Positions 1-9,621 of a stretch of 64,000 nucleotides of DNA are shown in pieces. The DNA is from Vicinamibacteria bacterium (lineage in GTDB: Bacteria > Acidobacteriota > Vicinamibacteria > Marinacidobacterales > Marinacidobacteraceae). The first letter of the stretch is position 1, and each line of letters opens with the position of its first letter. A program made the position numbers and the translations under genes. Below the pieces are notes generated by a model. The model saw nothing but the letters and a program-made list of their open reading frames with translations. It was not told the DNA's origin and ran no database searches. The stretch covers positions 1,408,001 to 1,472,000 of the forward strand of contig OZ219816.1 in the NCBI GenBank assembly GCA_964291235.2. The letters are read 5' to 3'.

Positions 1-486
1 GTCTTTCCCGCGGTCGTCGCTTCCGGCCGGCGGGTGGCCGCTCACCGGCATTCGGGATACTTCACGGATATCGGCGTCATTTCGCGGTATCGGCAGGCGC
101 ACCGCGACGCTCTGGACGGCAAGATTCGAGTTCCCGGAGTCGGGCGACCCAACCCGGGGGGAGTCATCGTGGACGAGACGGCCTCCGTTCATCCTGACGC
201 CCGCCTGATCGGTCCGGCACTGGTGGGCCCGGGAGCCCAGGTGCGGGCGGGCGCCGAGATCGGTCCCTATGCGGTGCTCGGGCGCCACGTCCGCGTCGAG
301 GCGAACGCGCGGGTGGAGGATTCGATCCTCTGGGCTCACTCCCGCATCAGCGAGGAGGCCAGCGTTTCGGGAGCGATTCTGGGCGTCAGCGGTTTCGTAG
401 GCCCCGCAGCACGCGTGTGCCGAGCCATTCTCGGCGACAAGAGCACGGTCGCCGCGCACAGTGCCTTGCCATGGCGCGAGAACTGA
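1..486 (+). CDS. NDP-sugar pyrophosphorylase (mannose-1-phosphate guanylyltransferase-like), 3' part; 5' end lies before the window
   Basis: Frame 1 is open from base 1 (VFPAVVASGRRVAAHRHSGYFTDIG, a Y/W-x-D-x-G motif), followed by hexapeptide left-handed beta-helix repeats (VHPDARLIGPALVGPGAQVRAGAEIGPYAVLG). It sits directly before a phosphomannomutase. Confidence 0.75.
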   Translation, partial: VFPAVVASGRRVAAHRHSGYFTDIGVISRYRQAHRDALDGKIRVPGVGRPNPGGVIVDETASVHPDARLIGPALVGPGAQVRAGAEIGPYAVLGRHVRVEANARVEDSILWAHSRISEEASVSGAILGVSGFVGPAARVCRAILGDKSTVAAHSALPWREN

Positions 487-1877
487 GTCCGGCGGAGGCC
501 GGCCTCTTCAAGGCCTACGATGTCCGGGGCCCGGCGCCGGATCCACTTTCGCCGGCTCTGGCGTGGCGCGTTGGCCGGGCTTTCGCCAGTTGGCTGAACG
601 GGGGAAGAATCGGCCTGGCCCGCGACGCGCGGCGTACGAGCCCGGCGCTCGCCGCCGCCTTCGCTGCCGGTCTCAAGGCGCCGGATGTCGAAATCTTCGA
701 CTACGGGATGTTGCCGACCGACGCCATGTGGTTTGCCGTCCGCCGTGATCGGCTCGACGGTGGCGCGGTGATCACCGCCTCCCACAATCCACCCGGCGAC
801 AACGGCATCAAGCTGGTGGAAAGCGATGCGGCCCCCGTCTTCGAAGAGAACGGGTTGCCCGAGGTGCGCCGGCTGGTCCAGGAAACGGCCGACCCGCCGG
901 TTGCGATAGCGCCTCCGCCCGATCGGACGTCTCCCCGAGACATCGCCGCCGACTACCGGGCGTTCTTGGAGGACATCGTCGATTTCGGGTCGTTGCCGGC
1001 CCTGCGCGTGGTGCTTGACGCCGGCAACGGAATGGGTGGCGTGATGGCGGCCGAGGTGTTTTCGAGGGTCCCGGGAGAGTTCCTCGCGGTGCAGTTCGGC
1101 CCGGACGGCGCCTTTCCGAACCGGGGCGCGAACCCCCTCGACCCCCGGAACCGACAGCCCCTCGTGCGCCGGGTTGTCGAAGAGGGCGCCGACTTCGGGG
1201 TCCTTTGGGACGGGGATGCGGACCGGTGTGTCTTCGTGGACGATCGGGGGTTGCACATTCCCGGCGATTTCGCCACCGCCCTGCTCGCGCCGGCCGAGAT
1301 CGCCAAGGAGCCGGGAACGAAAATCGTCTTCGACCTGCGTTCCTCGAGGGCGGTGCCGGACGAGGTACGTCGGGCCGGGGGAGTGCCCAGCGCCGGCCGG
1401 GTGGGACACGCCTATCTGAAACGACGCATGCGGCAGGAGGACGCCAGATTCGGAGGTGAGTTGAGCGGCCACTATTTCTTTCGGGCCGCGGGCTACGCTG
1501 ACAACGCCCTGTTGCCGATTCTCCTCATGATCGAGAGGATCCGGGACTCGGGCCGCTCCCTCTCGGAACTGGCGGGTGATCTGCGGCGCAGGTACTTCAC
1601 GGTGGACGAGGAGAGCCGGACGATCCCGGACCCAAGGGTGGCTTTCGACATGGTGCGCGAGGCCTTTCCGGGCGGGACCGTGAACACGCTGGACGGGCTT
1701 ACGATGGAGTTCCGGGACTGGCGGTTCACCCTCCGGCCGTCCAACACCGAGCCCGCGATGCGGCTGACCCTCGAGGCCTATCGCGCGGGACTCGCCGAGA
1801 AACGGCGCGACGAACTTCTCGCGCTGCTGGAAAGCGCCCGGGAACGCGTCGAAAGCAGCTCCGGCCGGCCGGAGTGA
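471..1877 (+). CDS. Phosphomannomutase/phosphoglucomutase
   Basis: FKAYDVRG N-terminus, ITASHNP phosphoserine loop, DGDADR metal loop and GELSGH sugar-binding loop. ATG at 471 chosen as start. Confidence 0.93.
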   Translation: MARELSPAEAGLFKAYDVRGPAPDPLSPALAWRVGRAFASWLNGGRIGLARDARRTSPALAAAFAAGLKAPDVEIFDYGMLPTDAMWFAVRRDRLDGGAVITASHNPPGDNGIKLVESDAAPVFEENGLPEVRRLVQETADPPVAIAPPPDRTSPRDIAADYRAFLEDIVDFGSLPALRVVLDAGNGMGGVMAAEVFSRVPGEFLAVQFGPDGAFPNRGANPLDPRNRQPLVRRVVEEGADFGVLWDGDADRCVFVDDRGLHIPGDFATALLAPAEIAKEPGTKIVFDLRSSRAVPDEVRRAGGVPSAGRVGHAYLKRRMRQEDARFGGELSGHYFFRAAGYADNALLPILLMIERIRDSGRSLSELAGDLRRRYFTVDEESRTIPDPRVAFDMVREAFPGGTVNTLDGLTMEFRDWRFTLRPSNTEPAMRLTLEAYRAGLAEKRRDELLALLESARERVESSSGRPE

Positions 1878-2118
1878 CGGCCTGCGCCGGAAACCGCGTG
1901 AGCGCGCGGGGCCGGCGCGGGGCCCGGCGGACGATCCACCGGAGGGAGGAGCCCTCACCGGGAGGAGGAGGAGCGGGGCCGGGCGCCTCCCGGGCCGAAA
2001 AACGGAGCGCTGATCGCGCGGGAGGCGCGCGATTCCACCAGCCTTGATCGCGGTCCGGACGCCATTCGAGCTTCGCTGCGGGGGAACGCTGGCGCCGAGT
2101 AGAATCTGCGCCCCCTGG

Positions 2119-2191
2119 GCGGGCGTATCTCAGTTGGCAGAGTACGAGCTTCCCAAGCTCGGTGTCGCGGGTTCGAGCCCCGTCGCCCGCT
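2119..2191 (+). tRNA. tRNA-Gly (anticodon CCC)
   Basis: Acceptor stem GCGGGCG/CGCCCGC, anticodon arm CGAGC-TTCCCAA-GCTCG, T-arm GCGGG-TTCGAG-CCCCGT. CCA is not fully encoded. A TAGAAT -10-like box lies at 2100-2105. Confidence 0.93.
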
Positions 2192-2222
2192 CCGCTCCCC
2201 TTTCCCCCAAAAAACCCTGCCC

Positions 2223-2645
2223 ATGGCCATCTTTCGTCGCACCAATGAAGAAAACGAGGCATTCATGACCGAAGCGCCTCCTAGCCCCGACCGGGGTGCC
2301 CGCTCGACCTGGATCGGGCAGGACACGCTCGTGGAGGGCAAGATCACCACCCGAGAAGACATCTGTATCCAGGGACACCTCAAGGGCGCAGTGGAGAGCA
2401 CGGCCTCGGTCCTGATACCCGAAGGCGGCGAGGTGGAGGCGGACATTGTGGCTCGCAACGTGACCATCCACGGGCAGGTGGTGGGAGATGTGGAAGCGGT
2501 CGAAAAGGCGGAGATCGGCCCCTCGGGAGTTCTCACCGGCGGCATCCTCGCCGGAACAGTGGTCGTGCACGCCGGGGCCACCTTTGAGGGAACCGTGCGG
2601 AGCCGCGCCAAATCGGATCCCGAACCGGCGCCCGATGCTTCATGA
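2223..2645 (+). CDS. Bactofilin / polymer-forming cytoskeletal protein (CcmA family)
   Basis: [24 protein letters not shown]...[28 protein letters not shown]...GVLTGGI..GATFEG beta-helix pattern. The start could instead be ATG 2266. Confidence 0.88.
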   Translation: MAIFRRTNEENEAFMTEAPPSPDRGARSTWIGQDTLVEGKITTREDICIQGHLKGAVESTASVLIPEGGEVEADIVARNVTIHGQVVGDVEAVEKAEIGPSGVLTGGILAGTVVVHAGATFEGTVRSRAKSDPEPAPDAS

Positions 2646-3757
2646 GAATCGGCACGGTCCGGGAAATCAAGGACAGCGAGAACCGCGTCGGATTGGTTCC
2701 GGGCGGCGTCGACACTCTGGTGGCCGCCGGTCACGAGGTGCTCGTCGAGTCCGGCGCCGGCGGCGGGAGCCTGATCTCCGACGAGGAGTTCACGGCGGCG
2801 GGAGCCCGGATCGTGGATACCCGCGAGGAGGTCTTCGGCACCTGTGATCTCCTGATCAAGGTCAAGGAGGTCCAGCCCGAAGAGGTGGAGCTGTTGCGCG
2901 ACGGGCAGATTCTGTACACCTATCTCCATCTGGCGCCCCTCCCGGAGCTGACCGAAGGGCTCCTGTCGCGCGGGGTTACCGCCATCGCCTACGAGACCAT
3001 CACCGCTCCCGATGGCACGTTGCCGCTCCTGACTCCGATGAGCGAGGTAGCCGGCCGGATGGCGATTCAGGAAGGCGCCCACCACCTGCACCGTTCCTGC
3101 GGCGGCTCGGGCATCCTCCTCGGCGGTGTTCCCGGGGTGCCCCGGGGCCGGGCGGTCATCGTGGGCGGAGGGGTCGTGGGACTGAACGCCGCGAAACTCG
3201 CAGTGGGAATTGGCGCCGAGGTCACCATCCTCGAAAAGAGCGCCGCGCGCATGCGATACCTGGACGATGTGTTCGGAAGCCGGGTCACGACGCTGAAGTC
3301 GAGCGCCGTCACCCTGGCCGCTTCGATCGCCGAGGCGGACCTGGTGGTCGGGGCGGTCCTCGTTCCCGGTGCCGCCGCCCCCCGCATCGTCTCCCGCGAG
3401 ATGATCGCCGGAATGCGCGAGGGCGGGGTGATCGTGGACGTCGCCGTCGATCAGGGAGGGTGCTGCGAAACAACCCGGCCCACAACCCACTCGAAACCCA
3501 CCTACGTCGTGGACGGGGTGGTCCACTACTGTGTGGCGAACATGCCCGGCGCCATGCCGCGAACCTCCACCTACGCGCTCACCAACGTCACCCTCGAGTA
3601 CGCGCTCACGATCGCCAACCACGGATTTGAGGAAGCGGTGCGGCGGGACAGTTGTCTGCGGCCCGGCGTGAACACCTATGCCGGCCGTCTCACCTGTCGC
3701 CCCGTCGCCGAATCGCAGAACCGGGACTACCAGCCACTGGAAGAACTGATCGCCTGA
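2642..3757 (+). CDS. ald: Alanine dehydrogenase
   Basis: [51 protein letters not shown] and [10 protein letters not shown] motifs. Confidence 0.96.
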   Translation: MRIGTVREIKDSENRVGLVPGGVDTLVAAGHEVLVESGAGGGSLISDEEFTAAGARIVDTREEVFGTCDLLIKVKEVQPEEVELLRDGQILYTYLHLAPLPELTEGLLSRGVTAIAYETITAPDGTLPLLTPMSEVAGRMAIQEGAHHLHRSCGGSGILLGGVPGVPRGRAVIVGGGVVGLNAAKLAVGIGAEVTILEKSAARMRYLDDVFGSRVTTLKSSAVTLAASIAEADLVVGAVLVPGAAAPRIVSREMIAGMREGGVIVDVAVDQGGCCETTRPTTHSKPTYVVDGVVHYCVANMPGAMPRTSTYALTNVTLEYALTIANHGFEEAVRRDSCLRPGVNTYAGRLTCRPVAESQNRDYQPLEELIA

Positions 3758-3809
3758 CGGCCGGCGCTGGATCCAACCGAGCAGGCGCCGCGCATGCCGG
3801 TATTCACGA

Positions 3810-4589
3810 ATGACGGACACCCGGGAGCAGGAGGACGGCGGATTGCGCCGGTTTGCGGACTGGGAGGCTCCCGCCGACGGGGAGATCAACATGCGCCGCG
3901 ACCGGGTCTTACTGGACGAGGCCGCCCGGGGCGCTCCCCCGACGCTGCGGCTGTATCGCTGGTCCCGGCCGACCCTGACGCTCGGACACGGACAGACCCC
4001 GGAGAGCGCAACGGACGCGGACGCACTCGCCGCTCTCGGAATTCCCTGGGTTCGCCGGCCAACCGGGGGTCGGGCCCTCCTGCATCTGCCGGATGAGCTC
4101 ACCTACGCCTTCGCAGCGCCGCGGGGCTTTGCTTCCGGCGTCCGGCGCGCCTACTTTGAGGTGATGGCGTCCATCCACGCCGCGCTCGCCGCCTTTGTGC
4201 GGCTCGACCCCTTGCCGGCTGGCCCCCTCCCCCGGGACACGGCCGCTCCGCGGCTTCCCTGCCACGCGGTGGCAACCGGACACGAGATCACCGCCGGAGG
4301 CCGAAAACTCGTGGCGGGGGCGCAGCGCTGGCGCCGGGGCGCTTTCCTCCAGCACGGCTCTATTCCCTGGACGGTGAACCGTGTCCTCACGAACTCGCTG
4401 GCGGGGCTACCCGCCGACTTCCCGGTCGGGGCGGTCGGACTTTCGGAACTCACCGCGACCCGCCAGCAGAGCACGCCTCCGCGTGTCGAAGACGTCGCCA
4501 CCGCCCTGGAAGCGTCGTTTTGCCGGGACTTCGGGAAACCTCGTGCTAGTCTGATTTCCCCGTTTCCAACGCACCGCAGGAGCGCCTGA
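3810..4589 (+). CDS. Lipoate-protein ligase A / LipM-like octanoyltransferase family
   Basis: NM..D..LL, PTLRLYRWSRPTLTLG, VRRPTGGRALLH, KLVAGAQ and LQHGSI motifs. Confidence 0.88.
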   Translation: MTDTREQEDGGLRRFADWEAPADGEINMRRDRVLLDEAARGAPPTLRLYRWSRPTLTLGHGQTPESATDADALAALGIPWVRRPTGGRALLHLPDELTYAFAAPRGFASGVRRAYFEVMASIHAALAAFVRLDPLPAGPLPRDTAAPRLPCHAVATGHEITAGGRKLVAGAQRWRRGAFLQHGSIPWTVNRVLTNSLAGLPADFPVGAVGLSELTATRQQSTPPRVEDVATALEASFCRDFGKPRASLISPFPTHRRSA

Positions 4590-5335
4590 TGAACGATCCG
4601 TCACAAGGAGAACCACCCGAGCCACTCCAGGAAAACCCGGGCGCGAACGGCGCCGTTGCCGGGGAGTCGACAGATTCGGCCGGGGCTCTCGAGCCGGAGG
4701 GGCAGGCCGAAGTCGAAGCGTTGCGCGGAAAGGTCGCCGCCCTGAGCCAGGAAGTAGCGGACGCGAAGGATCTCGCCCGGCGGGCGCAGGCCGACATCGC
4801 CAATGTGCGGCGGCGTTCGCGGAACGAACGCGCCGAGTTCCGCTCCCGCGCCACCGAAGAAGTGTGCTCCGCCCTGTTGCCCGTACTCGACGACCTGCAT
4901 CGCGCCGTCGTCGAGACGGGCAGGGCGACGGACCGCTGGTCAGGCGACGAAAGCGGCGAATCGGCCGAGAGTGTGGTCCAGGGCCTCCTCGAAGGGGTTC
5001 GGCTGGTGCTTCGCCGTTTCCAGGACACGCTGAAACGCCAGGGACTTGTCGAGATCGAGGCGGACGGTGCTCCGTTCGATCCGCGGCTCCACGCGGCAGT
5101 GCAGGAGGCGCCAGCGGGGCCGGGACAACGGGAGGGCGATGTGATTCAGGTGCTCCAGCGGGGATACCTTCTGGATGGCCGGGTCACGCGCCCCGCCGCC
5201 GTGGTGGTCGCCTCGGCCGCCGTGGAGTCACCCGACGCGTCCGGGGAGGCTGACGGGGACAACGGCGAAGGCAGTGGCGGATCGACAGCGGAGCCGGGCG
5301 GGCCGGGATCCGGCGCGGAACCGCCAACCGCCTGA
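4589..5335 (+). CDS. grpE: Nucleotide exchange factor GrpE
   Basis: [32 protein letters not shown] and [18 protein letters not shown] motifs; directly upstream of dnaJ. Confidence 0.93.
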   Translation: MNDPSQGEPPEPLQENPGANGAVAGESTDSAGALEPEGQAEVEALRGKVAALSQEVADAKDLARRAQADIANVRRRSRNERAEFRSRATEEVCSALLPVLDDLHRAVVETGRATDRWSGDESGESAESVVQGLLEGVRLVLRRFQDTLKRQGLVEIEADGAPFDPRLHAAVQEAPAGPGQREGDVIQVLQRGYLLDGRVTRPAAVVVASAAVESPDASGEADGDNGEGSGGSTAEPGGPGSGAEPPTA

Positions 5336-5343
5336 AGAGCTTC

Positions 5344-6534
5344 ATGCCAGCCACCGAGCAGCGGGACTACTACGAAGTCCTCGGAGTGGGCCGCGACGCG
5401 AGTCCGGAAGAGATCAAGAAGGCGTACCGGAAGCTCGCCATCCGCTATCACCCCGACCGCAACCCCGACAACAAGTCCGCCGAGGAACAGTTCAAGAAGG
5501 CATCGGAAGCCTACGGTGTGCTCGCCGATCCGGAGAAGCGATCCCGCTACGACCGTTTCGGGCATGCCGGGGTCGGCGGGGTCGGCCAGCCCATGAACAG
5601 CGAGGTCTTCGCAGACTTTCAGGATCTGTTTCGCGGCAGCGTGTTCGACCTGTTCGGGGAGATGTTTGGCGGCGGGCCTTCGGGCGGTCCCGCCCGCGGG
5701 CGGGACATCCAGTACGAGGTGAGCATCGATTTCGGCGACCCCAAGGAAGAGAGCCGCAAGCGAATCCTCGTTTCCCGGTCGGAGCCGTGCGATGCCTGCC
5801 GGGGCAGCGGTATCGAGGCGGGCAAACAGCCGATTCTCTGCGGGAGATGCGCCGGCCGCGGACAGGAGACCTTCTCGCGCGGATTCATGGTCATGAGCCG
5901 CACGTGTTCGGGCTGCGGCGGCAGCGGGAAGATCGTTCGTGATCCTTGTCACGAATGCGGCGGCAACGGACGAACGCCGCGGGAGCGCGAGATCACCGTT
6001 CGGCTGCCGGCGGGGATTGCCGACGGGAATCAGCTCCGCATCCCGGGCGAGGGTGAACCGGGCACCCGGGGCGGCCCTCCTGGAGATCTCTACGTGCGGG
6101 TCCACGTCCGGGCGGCCCGCGGTCTCCGCCGGGAAGATGACGATGTCTTCAGCGAAGCGGCGATCAGCTTCCCCCAGGCGGTGCTGGGCACGGAGATCCC
6201 GATTGCCACCATCTGGGGCGAAGAAACGTTGCGCATCCCGCCCGGCACCCAGCCGCACAGCGTCCTCCGCCTGCGGAACCGGGGGTTTCCGGCGCTCCGC
6301 GGCCGGGGCCGCGGAAGCCACCTGGTGCGCGTGTTGGTCGAGGTGCCCAAGAAACTGAACAGCCGGGCGCGGGCCGCAGTGGACGCCTTGGCGGACGAAA
6401 TCGGGGCCGCGGCGGCCTCCTCCGGCGCGGGCCAGGGCCAGCGGTCGGAATCCGGCTCTGCAGGTCAGCCGGAAGCGGCGGGAGACGACGCGGAGGGGTC
6501 GCGCTCGTCCTTCTTTGATCGCATATTCTCCTGA
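5344..6534 (+). CDS. dnaJ: Chaperone DnaJ
   Basis: J-domain (RDYYEVLGV...YHPDRN), four CxxCxGxG zinc repeats and the C-terminal GDLYV domain. Confidence 0.97.
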   Translation: MPATEQRDYYEVLGVGRDASPEEIKKAYRKLAIRYHPDRNPDNKSAEEQFKKASEAYGVLADPEKRSRYDRFGHAGVGGVGQPMNSEVFADFQDLFRGSVFDLFGEMFGGGPSGGPARGRDIQYEVSIDFGDPKEESRKRILVSRSEPCDACRGSGIEAGKQPILCGRCAGRGQETFSRGFMVMSRTCSGCGGSGKIVRDPCHECGGNGRTPREREITVRLPAGIADGNQLRIPGEGEPGTRGGPPGDLYVRVHVRAARGLRREDDDVFSEAAISFPQAVLGTEIPIATIWGEETLRIPPGTQPHSVLRLRNRGFPALRGRGRGSHLVRVLVEVPKKLNSRARAAVDALADEIGAAAASSGAGQGQRSESGSAGQPEAAGDDAEGSRSSFFDRIFS

Positions 6535-6617
6535 CGGCAACGGTCATTCCCCGGCTTCCATCCCCCGTCCCGCAGCGAAACGCGGCTGGTTCACCCGGCA
6601 CGCCGCCGCAGGGCGCG

Positions 6618-7571
6618 GTGGCGGAAACGACCTACCCGCTCGACCTGGAGGGGGCAGCGCTCCTCGACGGCTGGGAAGGCGCCGTAACCGGCGAAAACGA
6701 TTTCCTGGGTGCGGCGGAAACTCCGGACGGGAACGACGGGATTCGGCTCTGGTTCCGCTCGGATGCCGCCCGGCGGCGAGTGTTCGCCGAGTTCGCCCGC
6801 CTCGCCCGTTCCGCGGCGGCCGGAGCCGAAAGCGCCACGCGGGATCGAGGCAGCCTGCCGGGCGGAATCAGGTTCCGGAACGGGTCTCCCGAACCGCCGT
6901 GCGATTGGACGGCGCCCTACCGGGCGTTTTTTCGTGGGGTTCAGGCCGGAGGCTTTTTTGTCCACCCGCCGCACGTCCGGGCGCCGCCCGGGCTTCGCTC
7001 CCTCCTGACCACCCCGGGGCCCGCCTTCGGCACCGGCACCCATCCCACCACCCGGATGCTCCTTGAGTCCCTCGCCGACCTTCTCGGGTCTCGACGGTCC
7101 CGGACCCGGGTTCTCGACGTCGGGACCGGGTCGGGAATCCTCGCCGTCGCGGCAGCGCTTCTCGGTGCGCGACCCGTCGTCGGGCTCGACGTCGATCCCG
7201 TCGCGATTCGCTGCGCATTGGAAACGGCGGGCGCCAACCAGGCCGCCGACCGGATTGCCTTTCGCGAGGGGGACTACCGGGATCCGGAATTCGCGGGCGC
7301 ACTCGATACGGCGTGCCCCGCCGGGTTCGACGTGATTCTCGCCAATCTGTCCGCGGAGCTGCTCGCGGATTTTCCGGCGTTCGCCGGAGCCCGGCTACGG
7401 CCGGGCGGTCGAGTGCTCGTGTCGGGTTTTCTGCGTGAGGAGGCGGCGCGGATCCTGGGCGCCTTCCCCCGAGCGTGGGCGCGGACGGCGGAGATCCGGC
7501 TGGAACTCCCGGCCCGCGCGGAGTCCGAGGTCTGGGCCGCCGCCGCTCTCGAGCGCCGGCCTCCACGCTGA
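6618..7571 (+). CDS. prmA: Ribosomal protein L11 methyltransferase
   Basis: PGPAFGTGTHPTT, VLDVGTGSGILA and DVILANL motifs; in the conserved dnaJ-prmA-rsmE order. Confidence 0.9.
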   Translation: MAETTYPLDLEGAALLDGWEGAVTGENDFLGAAETPDGNDGIRLWFRSDAARRRVFAEFARLARSAAAGAESATRDRGSLPGGIRFRNGSPEPPCDWTAPYRAFFRGVQAGGFFVHPPHVRAPPGLRSLLTTPGPAFGTGTHPTTRMLLESLADLLGSRRSRTRVLDVGTGSGILAVAAALLGARPVVGLDVDPVAIRCALETAGANQAADRIAFREGDYRDPEFAGALDTACPAGFDVILANLSAELLADFPAFAGARLRPGGRVLVSGFLREEAARILGAFPRAWARTAEIRLELPARAESEVWAAAALERRPPR

Positions 7572-7573
7572 CC

Positions 7574-8294
7574 ATGGGGACTCCTCGCCGTTTTTTTCGC
7601 TCCCGAGGCGGGCAGCCGCTTCGACCTGCGGCTCGACGCTGCCGAATCGCACCGCCTGGTCCGTGTTCTTCGCCTGTCGGCCGGCGCCGCCATCGAGGTA
7701 TTCGACGGAAGCGGCAGCGCATTCGCAGCGCGTTTTCTGGGTGTGGACGACGACGGGCGCTGCCTCGTGGAGCGGGGAACGCCGCTCGCCGCCCGGGAGT
7801 CCGGAACCCGGCTCACCGTGGGCGTCGCCGTCCCCAAGGGGGATGGTCTGACGGCCATCGTCCGGCAACTTGCCGAGATCGGAGTGATCTCGATCGTGCC
7901 GTTGACCACCGAGCATTCGGAGGGGCGCTCCACGCCGGCCCGCCTCCTCCGCTGGCGGGCCGCCGCCCTGTCGGGAACCCGGCAATCCGGGCGGGCCGCG
8001 GTGCCGGAGGTCACGCCGCCGGCAGACTTCGGGGCCTGGGTGCGGGGCGGCCTGCCCGCGGATCGCTGGATCGCCTCGCCGGCGCGCTCGGCGGAGCCTG
8101 CTCGTTCCGCCCTCGGTTCGCCTCCGGGGGGCGAGCGGGTGCTTGCGATCGGACCCGAGGGCGGTTTTTCCGGCGCCGAACTCGACGATGCGTATCGCTG
8201 CGGCTTCCGGCGCCTCGACCTCGGGGAACGAATCCTGCGGACCGGAACCGCCGCGCTGGTTGCGGCCGCAACGCTGCTTCGCTCTCCCGACTGA
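7574..8294 (+). CDS. rsmE: 16S rRNA m3U1498 methyltransferase RsmE, with a frameshift in the T7 run at 7591-7597
   Basis: ATG 7574 gives MGTPRRFF. Removing one T joins it to APEAGS...ESHRLVRVLRL...EVFDGSG...IGPEGGFS...LGERILRTGTAA, the RsmE SPOUT motifs. Confidence 0.88.
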
Positions 8295-8342
8295 CAACTT
8301 GACAGCCGGTGGTGAAACCCGCGCGAGCGCAGTGACCGGTGA

Positions 8343-8468
8343 GGCCCAGTTCTCCCGGTGGGGCCAGTTCTCCCGGTGGGGGGGGCGAAGCGAAGTGCCC
8401 CGTCCTCCCGGTGGGGGCCAGCCGGGATGGATCGCCGGTCGAGCCCCCACCGGGAGACCCGGGCCGCG
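8343..8468. repeat. Intergenic repeat element: 18-bp tandem repeat plus 14-bp inverted repeat; related module at 51424-51457
   Basis: CCAGTTCTCCCGGTGGGG occurs at 8346-8363 and 8364-8381. CTCCCGGTGGGGGC (8405-8418) is a perfect inverted repeat of GCCCCCACCGGGAG (8443-8456). Confidence 0.75.
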
Positions 8469-8624
8469 GGGGTTTTGCCACTGGCTGTTGAGCCGGATTC
8501 CGTTCGACGGGCGCGGCGCCGGCCAGCCTGGATCTCTCCTGCTCACGCCCCAGGCTGCCGCGCAGATCACGCCAACCTGTTGCTCGCGGTGAGCACGAGA
8601 GATCCGGGTTAGCATCGAGGTTCC

Positions 8625-9554
8625 ATGTTCCTGCTCGGGCAGCGGATCGGAAACTACGAGATCCAAAAGAGTGTCGGCCGCGGCACGTTCGGGGCCGTGT
8701 ATCTCGTCCGGGATGTTTTTCTGGACCAACTCCGGGCCGTCAAGGTTCCACACGATCAGAGCGCGACAGGCCGCCAGGCGATACTCAAGGAATCGCGCCT
8801 GCTCGCCGCCCTCGAGCATCCGAACATCGTGCGGCTGCTCGCCTGCGGCGAGCACGAGGACACTCTCTTCGTCGTCATGGAGTGGGTGGAGGGGGCGTCG
8901 CTCGCGCGCCGCCTGGACGAGGAGGGGACGCTTTCGCCGACGGTCTCGATGCGGATCGCCCGCCACGTGCTGGCCGGACTCGCCCATGCTCACGACCGCA
9001 AGGTGCTTCACGGCGACATCAGCGCCGACAACATCCTGCTCGCCGGCCAAATGGCCAAGATCACGGACTTCGGGATGGCTCGCACCGTCCATGTCGCGGA
9101 GCACGGCGCCCGCCAGATCGGCAATCCCTACTACCTCGCCCCCGAGCAGTTCCGGGCCGAAGCGGTCTTCGCCTCCGACGTCTATGGAGTCGGCGTGGTG
9201 CTGTTTCAGATGCTCACGGGAGTTCTTCCGTACCAGGATCCCGATCCGAACAGGCAGCGGGCTCTGGTCGAGGCCGGCGGCAACGAACATCCCAGAAAAC
9301 ACAACCCGGCCGTCTCGCCGGACCTTGACGCGGTGGTGGCGAAAGCGCTCGCGCCGCGCGTTTCGGAGCGCTACGCCAGCGCGGAAAGCGTCCTCAGCGA
9401 CGTCCGGGAACTCGCGTCGTTCGGCCCCCTTCCCGAAGAGCGAAATGCGATTCTTGACCGGATCCGCAAGGCTGGACACCGGCCAGGAAACTGCTGGAAC
9501 TGCGGCCGCGCCCGACATCCGGACGCCGCTCACTGCGCCCATTGCGGAGCCTGA
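8625..9554 (+). CDS. Hanks-type Ser/Thr protein kinase with C-terminal zinc ribbon
   Basis: GRGTFGAVY, AVK, HPNIV, HGDISADN, DFG, YLAPE and SDVYGVG motifs; C-terminal CWNC...CAHC. Confidence 0.92.
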   Translation: MFLLGQRIGNYEIQKSVGRGTFGAVYLVRDVFLDQLRAVKVPHDQSATGRQAILKESRLLAALEHPNIVRLLACGEHEDTLFVVMEWVEGASLARRLDEEGTLSPTVSMRIARHVLAGLAHAHDRKVLHGDISADNILLAGQMAKITDFGMARTVHVAEHGARQIGNPYYLAPEQFRAEAVFASDVYGVGVVLFQMLTGVLPYQDPDPNRQRALVEAGGNEHPRKHNPAVSPDLDAVVAKALAPRVSERYASAESVLSDVRELASFGPLPEERNAILDRIRKAGHRPGNCWNCGRARHPDAAHCAHCGA

Positions 9555-9621
9555 ATTCGGGTCGGTGCGAGGCCCGCCCGAGGGGCCGAAAACGACCCGC
9601 CTTCGCGTTACTCTCCCCTCC

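Noticed and set aside
1874-2047. Short GTG-started ORF overlapping the phosphomannomutase stop
   Set aside because: About 57 codons of low-complexity G/R/A sequence with no motif, indistinguishable from chance.
8346-8456. Possible CRISPR or mini-array from the repeated CTCCCGGTGGGG units
   Set aside because: The units are adjacent or inverted with no regular unique spacers, and there are no cas genes.
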